Below, piece by piece: positions 25,878-34,838 of a DNA stretch of 64,000 bases. This DNA comes from a virus (lineage: Duplodnaviria > Caudoviricetes): the IMG/VR virus record IMGVR_UViG_3300021255_000094, positions 2,896 through 66,895 of that record; one strand, written 5' to 3'. Both the position numbers and the translations under genes were made by a program. The notes under the pieces were generated by a model. The model was not told the origin of the DNA. It searched no databases and was given only the letters and a program-made list of their open reading frames with translations. Position 1 is the first letter of the stretch. Every line of letters starts with the position of its first letter.

Positions 25878-26930
25878 ATGAAACTAGATGAAGTAATTAA
25901 AGATTTTAACAAGAAGCATAAGGAAGAATTAGTATTCACGGGTCTTCCGGAATATGATTATGAAAGAATACCTTTTACAAGCCCTAGACTTAACTATATG
26001 ACTTTTGGTGGTTTGCCAGTAGGTAAGCTTATAGAGTTTTATGGCGAAGAACACGGGGGCAAGACAACAACAGCTTTAGATATAGTTGCAAACTATCAGG
26101 TAATGGATAATGCTAAAGAAGTGCTGTGGGTAGACTGCGAAAATACTTTTGATAAAGTTTGGGCGCATAAGCTAGAAGTAGATGTGGAAAATCTAAGAAT
26201 GTTACAGCCAACAAATCAGAGCGCAGAAGAAATATTCCAGTTTGTATTAGATGCAATTAGCACTGGCGAGGTAGGTTTAGTAGTTATAGATAGTTTTGGT
26301 GTTATGGTATCACAGCAAGCACTTGATAAAGACCTAACAGAGAAAACATATGCTGGAATATCTAAAGCACTTACTGATTTTGGTGGTAGAGCAGTAGGTT
26401 TATGCAATAAGAATAAATGTACTTGTATAGGAATAAATCAGTTACGTGATGATTTTAATAGTATGTTTGGTGGCACAAAGACAACTGGTGGTAGAGGTTG
26501 GAAACACGATACCTCTGTAAGACTTGAGTTTAGAATGGGTAAATATATAAATGAAGAGAACAAAGAACTAACAAGAAGTGCAGAAAACCCAGCCGGAAAT
26601 AAAGTTATGGTTTCAATGACAAAGAACAAGACTTGTCCACCTACAAGAAGAACTGGATACTATACTCTAAAATATTTAGACGGCATAGATTATTTGTATG
26701 ACTTTATTGAAGTATGTATGAAGTATAGTATTATAGAAAAATCTGGAGCTTGGTTTAAGATAGTAGATATAGACACTGGCGAGATACTAGCTGATAAGAT
26801 TCACGGACAAGATAGTGTTAAAGATTATCTATTAGATAATATAGATATAGCACAGCGACTTGAGGAATTAGTAGATGCTAGAATAGACTCAGACGAAATA
26901 AAACTTGACAGCGTAGAGGATGAAGAGTAA
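25878..26930 (+). CDS. recA: RecA recombinase
   Basis: GEEHGGKTT, VVIDS, INQLR, GGRGWKH, KNKT motifs. Confidence 0.93.
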   Translation: MKLDEVIKDFNKKHKEELVFTGLPEYDYERIPFTSPRLNYMTFGGLPVGKLIEFYGEEHGGKTTTALDIVANYQVMDNAKEVLWVDCENTFDKVWAHKLEVDVENLRMLQPTNQSAEEIFQFVLDAISTGEVGLVVIDSFGVMVSQQALDKDLTEKTYAGISKALTDFGGRAVGLCNKNKCTCIGINQLRDDFNSMFGGTKTTGGRGWKHDTSVRLEFRMGKYINEENKELTRSAENPAGNKVMVSMTKNKTCPPTRRTGYYTLKYLDGIDYLYDFIEVCMKYSIIEKSGAWFKIVDIDTGEILADKIHGQDSVKDYLLDNIDIAQRLEELVDARIDSDEIKLDSVEDEE

Positions 26931-27070
26931 TATAATAAGTGCCATGATGTTTCATTGTTTTTTTCATATTTTTCGTTGTGATTCCCCAAAGAAATCATTT
27001 TTGCAAGAGAGGTCCTGCTTTAGTGGACGAGATTATCTACTGGTCGGTGGGTAGACTAATCTCAGTAATG

Positions 27071-27122
27071 AAAAAAGGCTGTATAATGTAGTTTTCGGGT
27101 GCTACACTATACAGTCTTTTTT
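27071..27122. terminator. Long bidirectional-type terminator hairpin
   Basis: AAAAAAGGCTGTATA.TGTAG / CTACA.TATACAGTCTTTTTT. Confidence 0.8.
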
Positions 27123-27148
27123 ATTTTAAAAATTTTTAAATTTATGTA

Positions 27149-27177
27149 TTGACAAACATTATATTACGATATATAAT
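27149..27177 (+). promoter_or_regulatory. sigmaA-type promoter
   Basis: TTGACA(27149)-17 nt-TATAAT(27172). Confidence 0.85.
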
Positions 27178-27226
27178 GTAAGAGAATTAAAGATTAGTAC
27201 ACGATTTACAGAAAGGAGAAATCATA

Positions 27227-27496
27227 ATGATTAACAGAAAACAAGCGCAGAAAAGAATTTTAAAATTTGCAAAGAAATATGAGGGACAGACTATTGATAT
27301 AGGTAAACTAGATAATAGTGACTTATATGATTTAATTCTCACAGAAACATATTTAGGAATTGATGCTCTGTTAGGTTATGGGGCAGATGTAAATATGATT
27401 CTTGACAGAGCTATTGAAAAAGCAGAACAGCAAAAAAGAGATAATTTTATTCAGTATGTAGCAGAGAATGGTAATTCAGTAACACAGATAATTTAG
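27227..27496 (+). CDS. Hypothetical protein
   Basis: AAAGGAG RBS. Confidence 0.75.
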   Translation: MINRKQAQKRILKFAKKYEGQTIDIGKLDNSDLYDLILTETYLGIDALLGYGADVNMILDRAIEKAEQQKRDNFIQYVAENGNSVTQII

Positions 27497-27511
27497 TAGG
27501 AGTTGAAAACA

Positions 27512-28069
27512 ATGATTAGAATGTTAGATAATTGGAAAGGTGCTGTTGAAATAGACGGCACTGAGTATAAATCAATTCAAGAAGCTAGAAGCGTTTTAAA
27601 TGCAATTAGCGATGATATACATATAATTCTCAAGTCTAACAATAAAAACGCAAATATGAAGCGCACAGAAGCGTTAAATGACGTTTCAGACAAAGAGCAA
27701 GAGTATGAAATCACAGTTAAGAAGTATATGACTCAGCAAGCTACACCTAGTTTCGATTTTATGATGAAGTGGAATGATAACAACCCGATGCCTATGAGAA
27801 TTATGCAAGGCACAGTTGAAAAAGAAACAAGAGGTATGGTGTATATGAAACTACACGGAATGGCAAGACCTACAATAACTTGTTTCTGTTGTGGAAAAGA
27901 GCTTACAAACCCCATATCAAGAAAATATGGTATTGGACCTATCTGTTTAGGCAAGATGGGTATAGCAAGAGATATTGATGATGTAGAGGGTATAAGTGAA
28001 GAACTTGTAAATATTTCTTGGGAAGGCTGGATTATTAAATCAGCAATCACTGAGAAAAAAGCAATATAA
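27512..28069 (+). CDS. DUF6011-like zinc-binding protein
   Basis: CFCCGKELTNPISRKYGIGPIC. Confidence 0.7.
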   Translation: MIRMLDNWKGAVEIDGTEYKSIQEARSVLNAISDDIHIILKSNNKNANMKRTEALNDVSDKEQEYEITVKKYMTQQATPSFDFMMKWNDNNPMPMRIMQGTVEKETRGMVYMKLHGMARPTITCFCCGKELTNPISRKYGIGPICLGKMGIARDIDDVEGISEELVNISWEGWIIKSAITEKKAI

Positions 28070-28096
28070 ATAAACTATAAAAAGGAGAACAAAAGT

Positions 28097-28645
28097 ATGA
28101 ATAACAATGGTGCGGGTGCAGTGTATGTACCAATTAAGGTTGATGTTTTATGGAGTGCAATTAAGAGTTCAGGCATAACAGCAGGAAATCTAGCGACAAT
28201 GGTATTGAACAGAGATAAGTCATATCTCACCACAGTTAAGACACGAGGCACAATGGTTAAAGAAGATTTGGAAAAGCTGTGTACTTTCTTATCAGTAAAT
28301 ATTGATGATGTGCTGATTAAGGAAGAAAAGCCAGTAGTTAAAGAATCAGTTAAGCCAGCATCTAATCAGTCAGCTAACGCACAGCTTGATATGTTGATAG
28401 TTGGACTTAACAAGATGTATGAAGCACAGAAATTGCAGAATGAGACACTAGCTAATCTACTTATTGAAGTAAAAGCTGGAAATGCAAAAACTAATAGACT
28501 AGAAAATGCACTAGGTCAGATAATACCAAATCTAATTCAGATTAAAACAACAGTGGATAACAGCAGAGATTTGATTAGAGATATTAAATCAACTGGAGCA
28601 ACTATTAGTGGAAGACTCAGAGATTTGATAGGTAAGTTTAAATGA
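28097..28645 (+). CDS. Hypothetical protein, possible N-terminal HTH plus coiled coil
   Basis: AAAGGAG RBS; LEKLCTFLSVNIDDVL resembles Cro/C1-type HTH end. Confidence 0.6.
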   Translation: MNNNGAGAVYVPIKVDVLWSAIKSSGITAGNLATMVLNRDKSYLTTVKTRGTMVKEDLEKLCTFLSVNIDDVLIKEEKPVVKESVKPASNQSANAQLDMLIVGLNKMYEAQKLQNETLANLLIEVKAGNAKTNRLENALGQIIPNLIQIKTTVDNSRDLIRDIKSTGATISGRLRDLIGKFK

Positions 28646-28689
28646 AGAAATTAAGACCTACTAGATTTTACTCAAATAAACCTACTTGA
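28642..28689 (+). pseudogene. Orphaned original N-terminus of the resolvase gene
   Basis: ATGA-coupled MKKLRPTRFYSNKPT*, matching MIVRRSNRFYSSRQ at 29530. Confidence 0.7.
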
Positions 28690-28714
28690 TTTTATTCATA
28701 GATTGATTTATAAT
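28686..28714 (+). promoter_or_regulatory. Promoter of GIY-YIG gene
   Basis: TTGATT(28686)-17 nt-TATAAT(28709). Confidence 0.65.
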
Positions 28715-28742
28715 ATAGTCATATAAGAAAGGAGATTATATT

Positions 28743-29549
28743 ATGTATGGGTATATTTATAAAACAACAAATCTTGTAAATGGTAAAATCTATGTTGGTC
28801 AAAAAAAATCAAGCAAGTTTTTGGGTAATAAGTATTTAGGAAGTGGAAAATATTTAAAATGTGCAATTAAACATTATGGCGAGAATAGTTTTGCAGTTAG
28901 TTTAATATGTGTGGCTGAATCAAAAGATGAATTAGATGAACTTGAAAAATACTACATTAAAAAATTTAATGCCAATGACCACGATGTTGGATATAATATA
29001 GCACTCGGAGCAGTTGGTGGTGACACTTATACTAATTTATCTGATTATGATAAACAACTACGAAATGAGAGATATAGTAATTCTCGGAAAGCAAATATCA
29101 ACACTTATGTCGCTATACATAAAGGTAAAGAAAATAAGCGTATTGAAATATCCTTATTAGAATCATATTTACGAAATGGGTGGGAAAGAGGTAGAAGTAG
29201 TGATTGGCAGAAAAAATTGGACAGCTCACATAAAGGAATTAAACAGTCTGATGAATGGATTAAAAAGCGTGTAAATTCAGGATGGAAAAATAAATCACCT
29301 GATGAGTATGCAGAAATGGTGCAAAAACATAGAGAGTCCGCAATTCGTCAGATGGCAAATACTCCTAAAGATGAGCGAATAAAACGAGCAAGAAATGCCA
29401 ATAAGTTTAAGGGTCATAAATGCTGTTTTGTTAATAACGGAATTGAGATGCACTTTATTTATGAAGAGGATTTACAAGATTATCTCAATAATGGCTATGA
29501 ATTAGGTATGTTAAAGAGGAGTAGTAACAATGATAGTGAGAAGAAGTAA
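28743..29549 (+). mobile_element. GIY-YIG homing endonuclease gene
   Basis: MYGYIYKTTNLVNGKIYVGQK, YLGSG, EKYYI, GYNIA motifs. Confidence 0.9.
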
Positions 29550-29874
29550 TAGATTTTATTCCAGCAGACAAGAAAAAGCAGTAGCTAAAGCTATCAGAGG
29601 CAAACAAGTCTCTAACAGTGGAGCAACAGCTTTTAACAAGGGAGATGTAACCACAGATAAGTTTTTAATTGAAGCAAAGACGTGCATTTCGGAAAAGAAG
29701 TCATTTAGTATCAAGAAAGAATGGCTTGAGAAGAACAAGGAAGAAGCATTTGAAATGGGGAAAGAATACAGTGTGTTAGCATTTAATTTTGGTCCAGATA
29801 CTAAGAACTATTATGTTATAGATGAAAGACTTTTTACTTTGTTACAAGAGTTATTAGAAAAGGAGGATATGTAA
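29530..29874 (+). CDS. PD-(D/E)XK Holliday junction resolvase-like protein
   Basis: QEKAVAK...NSGA...KGDV...LIEAKT. Confidence 0.75.
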   Translation: MIVRRSNRFYSSRQEKAVAKAIRGKQVSNSGATAFNKGDVTTDKFLIEAKTCISEKKSFSIKKEWLEKNKEEAFEMGKEYSVLAFNFGPDTKNYYVIDERLFTLLQELLEKEDM

Positions 29875-29875
29875 G

Positions 29876-30190
29876 ATGAGTAAGAGATTTTCAGCAGTAT
29901 TTGTAAGGTTTTATAATGATGACCCAAAAGCTAGGGTATATATGTTTGAAGCACCTTATTATAATCGTATTGAAGTGGGAGATATGGTTACAGTAGAAAA
30001 TGAAGGTAAACTAGAAGCACAAGTTGTAGCAATAGAAGATTTAGACTTAGAGTATTCTACAGACAGAAAGCAGTTTGAATTATTACAGAAAGTAACTGGA
30101 GCAGAGTTACCACTTAAAAAAGTATTATCAGTCATTAAAGAAACTAAGATAGAATATGAGGAGGACAAAGAAGATGGAGAAAACGAATAA
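29876..30190 (+). CDS. Hypothetical protein
   Basis: ORF track. Confidence 0.7.
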   Translation: MSKRFSAVFVRFYNDDPKARVYMFEAPYYNRIEVGDMVTVENEGKLEAQVVAIEDLDLEYSTDRKQFELLQKVTGAELPLKKVLSVIKETKIEYEEDKEDGENE

Positions 30191-30404
30191 GACAAAGGAA
30201 GTATTGAACTATCTTAAAGAGAAAGGTTCAATAACAAGTATGGAAGCTATTAACGAGTTTGGAGCAACTAGATTATCAGCTATTATATTTAATCTAAGAA
30301 AGCATTACGACATAGAGACTATTGAAATGGTATGCAACGATAGATATGGACGTGAATGTCATTTTGCAAGATATACTTATAAAGGAGAAATAGAGAATGG
30401 CTAA
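30174..30404 (+). CDS. Small winged-HTH protein
   Basis: VLNYLKEKGSITSMEA...FGATRLSAIIFNLRK. Confidence 0.75.
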   Translation: MEKTNKTKEVLNYLKEKGSITSMEAINEFGATRLSAIIFNLRKHYDIETIEMVCNDRYGRECHFARYTYKGEIENG

Positions 30405-31434
30405 AGAAGCATTAGCAACAAAATATAGACCTAAAACTTTTGATGATGTCGTAGAGCAGGATAGTACAAAGATAATCTTGAAACAGCAGTTAGATAGTGG
30501 AGAATTTCAGCACGCCTACTTGTTTGTAGGTGGTGCTGGAACTGGCAAAACAACGTGTGCAAGAATCTTTGCTAACGAGATAAATAAGCACGAGGGAACA
30601 TCAATAGAGTTGGATGCCGCTAGTAATAGTAGTGTAGATGATGTAAGAAATATAATTCAGCAAGCAAAGACAAAGAGTTTGGATAGTGAATATAAAATAT
30701 TCATAATAGATGAGTGCCACAGCTTATCAAACACAGCGTGGCAAGCATTTTTGAAACTTATAGAAGAACCACCAGTAAAGTCTATATTCATCTTTTGTAC
30801 AACTAATCCAGAGAAAATACCTAAGACTATACTCAGCAGAGTACAGAGGTATGACTTTAAGAGAATAAGTCAAAAAGGTATTGTGGATAGATTGGATTAT
30901 ATACTTAATGAGGAGCGCAATGAAGATGATGCACATGATATGGATGCACTTGAGTATCTTGCGAAACTAGCAGATGGTGGAATGAGAGATGCTATAACTC
31001 TTATGGATAAGTGCTTATCTTATAATGCTGATTTGACTGTTAGCAATATAGTTAAAGCATTAGGAGTGTCAGATTATGCAACTATGATAGATTTAACAGA
31101 TAGCATTATAAATAAAGAGCAGAAAGCTATTATAAAAATCATAGAAAGTATACATTCAAGTGGAATTGATTTAAAGCAGTTCATAAGACAGTATATCAAT
31201 TTCGTATTAGATATTAAGAAGTGGCTTATTACAGAAGATTTTAGCTTTATAAATCTACCACAGACAGATGATATAGAGCTAGTGTTAAAGAATATAAAAG
31301 CAGATATGCCTGAATCGTGGGATAGAATAAGTGATTTGTTGGAAACACTTATTAAGATTAACTCGGAAGTGAAGTATGACAGTTCGCCAAAATATCTTAT
31401 TGAAGCTATGTTGATAGGAGGTAGCACAGAATGA
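30397..31434 (+). CDS. dnaX: Clamp-loader gamma/tau-like AAA+ ATPase
   Basis: KYRPKTFDDVVEQ, GTGKTT, IIDECH, LIEEPP, TILSR, GGMRDA. Confidence 0.9.
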   Translation: MAKEALATKYRPKTFDDVVEQDSTKIILKQQLDSGEFQHAYLFVGGAGTGKTTCARIFANEINKHEGTSIELDAASNSSVDDVRNIIQQAKTKSLDSEYKIFIIDECHSLSNTAWQAFLKLIEEPPVKSIFIFCTTNPEKIPKTILSRVQRYDFKRISQKGIVDRLDYILNEERNEDDAHDMDALEYLAKLADGGMRDAITLMDKCLSYNADLTVSNIVKALGVSDYATMIDLTDSIINKEQKAIIKIIESIHSSGIDLKQFIRQYINFVLDIKKWLITEDFSFINLPQTDDIELVLKNIKADMPESWDRISDLLETLIKINSEVKYDSSPKYLIEAMLIGGSTE

Positions 31435-32264
31435 TAGGTCAGACAGAGTTATTAAATATAATAAATGAGCAGATAGAATCAGATGAGTTTCCAAGATTCA
31501 GCATAGTAGTTGGTGCAGAGGGTAGTGGAAAGAAAACATTGTCAATGTCAGTAGCTTTTGCGCTTGAATGTCAGAGAGTATTTATCGAGCCAAAAGTTGA
31601 TGCAGTAAGGGAAATGATAAAGAATGTTTATTCAGTAAAGACACCTACTCTATATGTAATAAAAGATGGAAATATGTCAATCAATGCAAAGAACGCACTA
31701 CTTAAAGTATGCGAGGAAACACCAAGTAATGCATATATAATGATGCTGGTATCAGATATAAATACTGTGTTAGATACTCTAAAGAGTAGAGCAGGAGTTT
31801 ATTATATGCAACCATATACTCAAGCAGAGATATTAGAGTATGCTCAGATAGGAAAAGAAGAGGTGCAGAATTGTGATATAGTAGCAGACTTATGCGAGAC
31901 ACCTGGAGACGTTGATAAGCTATATACATATGGTGTAGAAGAATTTTATGGTTTTGTGGAAAAGACAGTAGAGCATATAGCTAGTGTATCAAGTGCAAAT
32001 GCATTTAAGATGGCAGATAAGATAGCATTTAAACCAACAGATACCGATAAGTATGATGTTACACTATTCTTAAAAGCATTTAAGGCAGTATGCGGTAAAG
32101 AAATGAAAAGAGCAGTTGCAGATAATGATATAGAAAGTCAGATGTGGTATTCAGCAGGAATTAAAGTAGTCACTAACACGTTGAATCAGTTTAATATAAC
32201 TGGAATAAATAAAAGCGCACTGTTTGATTTATTCATACTAGACATTAGAAGGGAATGGGCATAG
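31431..32264 (+). CDS. Clamp-loader delta-prime (HolB)-like subunit
   Basis: GSGKK, NALLKVCEETP, TLKSR; lacks canonical Walker B. Confidence 0.75.
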   Translation: MIGQTELLNIINEQIESDEFPRFSIVVGAEGSGKKTLSMSVAFALECQRVFIEPKVDAVREMIKNVYSVKTPTLYVIKDGNMSINAKNALLKVCEETPSNAYIMMLVSDINTVLDTLKSRAGVYYMQPYTQAEILEYAQIGKEEVQNCDIVADLCETPGDVDKLYTYGVEEFYGFVEKTVEHIASVSSANAFKMADKIAFKPTDTDKYDVTLFLKAFKAVCGKEMKRAVADNDIESQMWYSAGIKVVTNTLNQFNITGINKSALFDLFILDIRREWA

Positions 32265-33215
32265 ATGGAAGTACAAGAGCTAAAACATCTAATCAAAGAA
32301 AAGACAATACCTAGCTTTATGATATTTACTGGAGAAGAGTGGTTAGTGCAAAAGCTGTATATAGAGCAGATAGCAAAGGTAGTAAATTTAGAAATACAGT
32401 ATATTGACAAAGTATCAGATATAATAGACACACTTGGAAGTAAATCATTATTCAGTCAAAACTATCTGTATGTGGTACGTGATGATAAAGAGTTTATGAC
32501 TGAGGAAAAGCTACAAGAAAAAGTGATAAATAATCTCAATCAGAATATGCTCATATTAGAGCTTACAAGCGCAGATAAGCGACTTAAACTACTAAAGACG
32601 TATAAAACATTAACTTATGAATTTAACACGCTTAAAAGCGATATATTGAAGCGATACATACAACGTGAGATAGATTTATCAGATAGAAACTGTGAGATAC
32701 TGATGGAAATATGTGAGTATTCATATGGTCATTGTCTATTAGAGATTGATAAGATATTATGTTATACTCGTGCTTATTATAATGGACAACGATTTAAGGC
32801 AGGTGCGTGTGATAAAACATTTATCACATTATTAGAAGATGGAACATTATATGTACCACCAAGAGATACATTATGGGATTTCATAAAAGCATTTTTACAA
32901 AATAAACCAAGTAAAGCATATGAGTTATATCAGGAATTAAAAGAGCTACAATCACCTACTTTTGCCATACTTACTAATCTATATAATAATGCTAAACAAG
33001 TATTGCAAGTGCAAGTATGCACGAGTAATGATATAGCAAAGACAACTGGATTGACAGCTTGGCAGATAAGAAATGCTAAAGAATGTGTAAATAAATATAA
33101 AGCAAGGGATTTAGCAGTGCTTATGAGATTGATACAGAAAGTAGAATCTAATATAAAGCAAGGAAAGCTAGATGAGCAGATAGCAATAGATTATATATTT
33201 TCCAGTTTCTTCTGA
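32265..33215 (+). CDS. Clamp-loader delta (HolA)-like subunit
   Basis: IFTGEE start, EIDKI, C-terminal helical collar; follows dnaX and holB-like genes. Confidence 0.7.
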   Translation: MEVQELKHLIKEKTIPSFMIFTGEEWLVQKLYIEQIAKVVNLEIQYIDKVSDIIDTLGSKSLFSQNYLYVVRDDKEFMTEEKLQEKVINNLNQNMLILELTSADKRLKLLKTYKTLTYEFNTLKSDILKRYIQREIDLSDRNCEILMEICEYSYGHCLLEIDKILCYTRAYYNGQRFKAGACDKTFITLLEDGTLYVPPRDTLWDFIKAFLQNKPSKAYELYQELKELQSPTFAILTNLYNNAKQVLQVQVCTSNDIAKTTGLTAWQIRNAKECVNKYKARDLAVLMRLIQKVESNIKQGKLDEQIAIDYIFSSFF

Positions 33216-33240
33216 TGTCATTATAGTTCGTTGCACAATA

Positions 33241-33269
33241 TTGACAGCTATGTAATAATGTTATATAAT
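33241..33269 (+). promoter_or_regulatory. Consensus sigmaA promoter for tRNA
   Basis: TTGACA(33241)-17 nt-TATAAT(33264). Confidence 0.9.
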
Positions 33270-33285
33270 GTTTATGTGCAGATAT

Positions 33286-33357
33286 AGGGGTATCGCCAAG
33301 CGGTAAGGCATATGATTTTGGCTCATATATTCGTAGGTTCGAATCCTACTACCCCCG
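33286..33357 (+). tRNA. tRNA-Gln (anticodon UUG), CCA not encoded
   Basis: GGGGTA/TACCCC acceptor stem, GCCAAGCGGTAAGGC D arm, TATGA-TTTTGGC-TCATA anticodon arm, GGTTCGAATCC T arm. Confidence 0.92.
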
Positions 33358-33453
33358 AATGGATGGCAGACGTGTCATTGGGTGTGAAAAGGACGGGAGA
33401 TTCACAGTTGTTAGGTTGAAAAGGCGGGCGACCTGACGTTATAGGAGAATAAA

Positions 33454-33615
33454 GTGGAACAGTTATATAACAGATGTTTAAGGTGCAACAGAAAGTTGAA
33501 AACAGAGGAAGCTAAAAGAATTGGGTATGGAAAAGTATGTTTAGAAAAATCTAAAAAATCAAAAGTAATAAATTTATTAGAGGTGGAGAATGAAAAGAGG
33601 AAAGAGGCTAACTAG
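33454..33615 (+). CDS. Small DUF6011-like zinc protein (below cutoff)
   Basis: GTG start after AGGAG; RCLRCNRKLKT...GYGKVC. Confidence 0.7.
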   Translation: MEQLYNRCLRCNRKLKTEEAKRIGYGKVCLEKSKKSKVINLLEVENEKRKEAN

Positions 33616-33766
33616 AGAGCAGAAAGCAATAGTAGCAGGTAATGGACTAAATCCTAAAGACTATATGTTTGCTTATCAAGTAAATGATGATTATATAAAA
33701 GTGATTAACATAACATCTGGAGTTGAAAAGACTTTAAATACTCATAAAAAGAAAAAGAGGTTATAA
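33590..33766 (+). CDS. Small basic phage protein (below cutoff)
   Basis: Hand-translated MKRGKRLTREQKAIV...GLNPKDY; GAGGTG RBS. Confidence 0.7.
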   Translation: MKRGKRLTREQKAIVAGNGLNPKDYMFAYQVNDDYIKVINITSGVEKTLNTHKKKKRL

Positions 33767-33767
33767 T

Positions 33768-34799
33768 ATGGAATTAACCGAAATATTAGAACAGTGTAGA
33801 GATAATGTAATAGTATCGGACGCATTTACAAAAGCTAATAGTGTTATAAATGACCCTAAATACAATTCAATTTTATGTTCTATATCAGGAGGGGCTGATT
33901 CAGATATAATGCTGGATATGCTTACAAAGTTAGACTATAATCATAAAATTACTTATATATGGTTTGATACCGGACTTGAGTATAAAGCGACAAAGAATCA
34001 TTTAGATTACCTTGAAAATAAGTATGGGGTTACCATTATCAGAGAGAGGGCTATTAAACCAATACCACAGTGTTGTAAGGAGATTGGAGTACCATTTGCA
34101 AGTAAACAAGTTTCAACTATGTTACAAAGATTGCAGAAACATAATTTTCAATTTGAGGATGAGCCTTTTGAAGTTTTAGTTAAAAGATACCCAAATTGTC
34201 ACGTGGCATTAAAGTGGTGGTGTAATGCTTGGAGTGGAAGGCACGTGCAAGAACGTGGTTACTCAATGTTTAATATCAATTATAACCCTGGATTAAAAGA
34301 GTTCTTAATGCAAAATCCACCACAATTTAAAATATCAGCAGAGTGTTGTACTTGGGCAAAAAAGAAAGTTAGTAAGAATTATATTAAGAAGCATAAAATA
34401 GATTTACTTATAATAGGTGTAAGAAAAGCAGAGGGCGGTGCTAGGAGTTCAGCCTATAAGAGTTGTTTTGACCCTAAAAATTCACACCATAATTATGACA
34501 ATTATAGACCGCTGTTTTGGTTTCACGATGAGGACAAAGCTTATTATGAAAGAAAATTTAATATAGTACACAGTGATTGTTATACAAAGTGGGGCTTTAA
34601 ACGTACTGGATGTGTAGGTTGCCCATATAATAAAAAAGTAGATGATGAATTAACTGTGGTAAAGGAACGTGAACCTAATATGTATAAAGCGGTTAATAAT
34701 ATATTTAATGAAAGTTATGAGTACACTAAAAAGTACAGAAAATTCCAAAAAGAATTAAAGTATAAGAGAAAACACCCTAACAGAAAATCATTGTTTTAG
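33768..34799 (+). CDS. PAPS-reductase-family (PP-loop) protein
   Basis: SISGGADS, WFDTGLE, ECC..AKK, IIGVRKAEGG.R, RTGCVGCPY. Confidence 0.85.
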   Translation: MELTEILEQCRDNVIVSDAFTKANSVINDPKYNSILCSISGGADSDIMLDMLTKLDYNHKITYIWFDTGLEYKATKNHLDYLENKYGVTIIRERAIKPIPQCCKEIGVPFASKQVSTMLQRLQKHNFQFEDEPFEVLVKRYPNCHVALKWWCNAWSGRHVQERGYSMFNINYNPGLKEFLMQNPPQFKISAECCTWAKKKVSKNYIKKHKIDLLIIGVRKAEGGARSSAYKSCFDPKNSHHNYDNYRPLFWFHDEDKAYYERKFNIVHSDCYTKWGFKRTGCVGCPYNKKVDDELTVVKEREPNMYKAVNNIFNESYEYTKKYRKFQKELKYKRKHPNRKSLF

Positions 34800-34838
34800 T
34801 TTACATAATGTGATACAATCACAGAAAGGAGTATAGTT

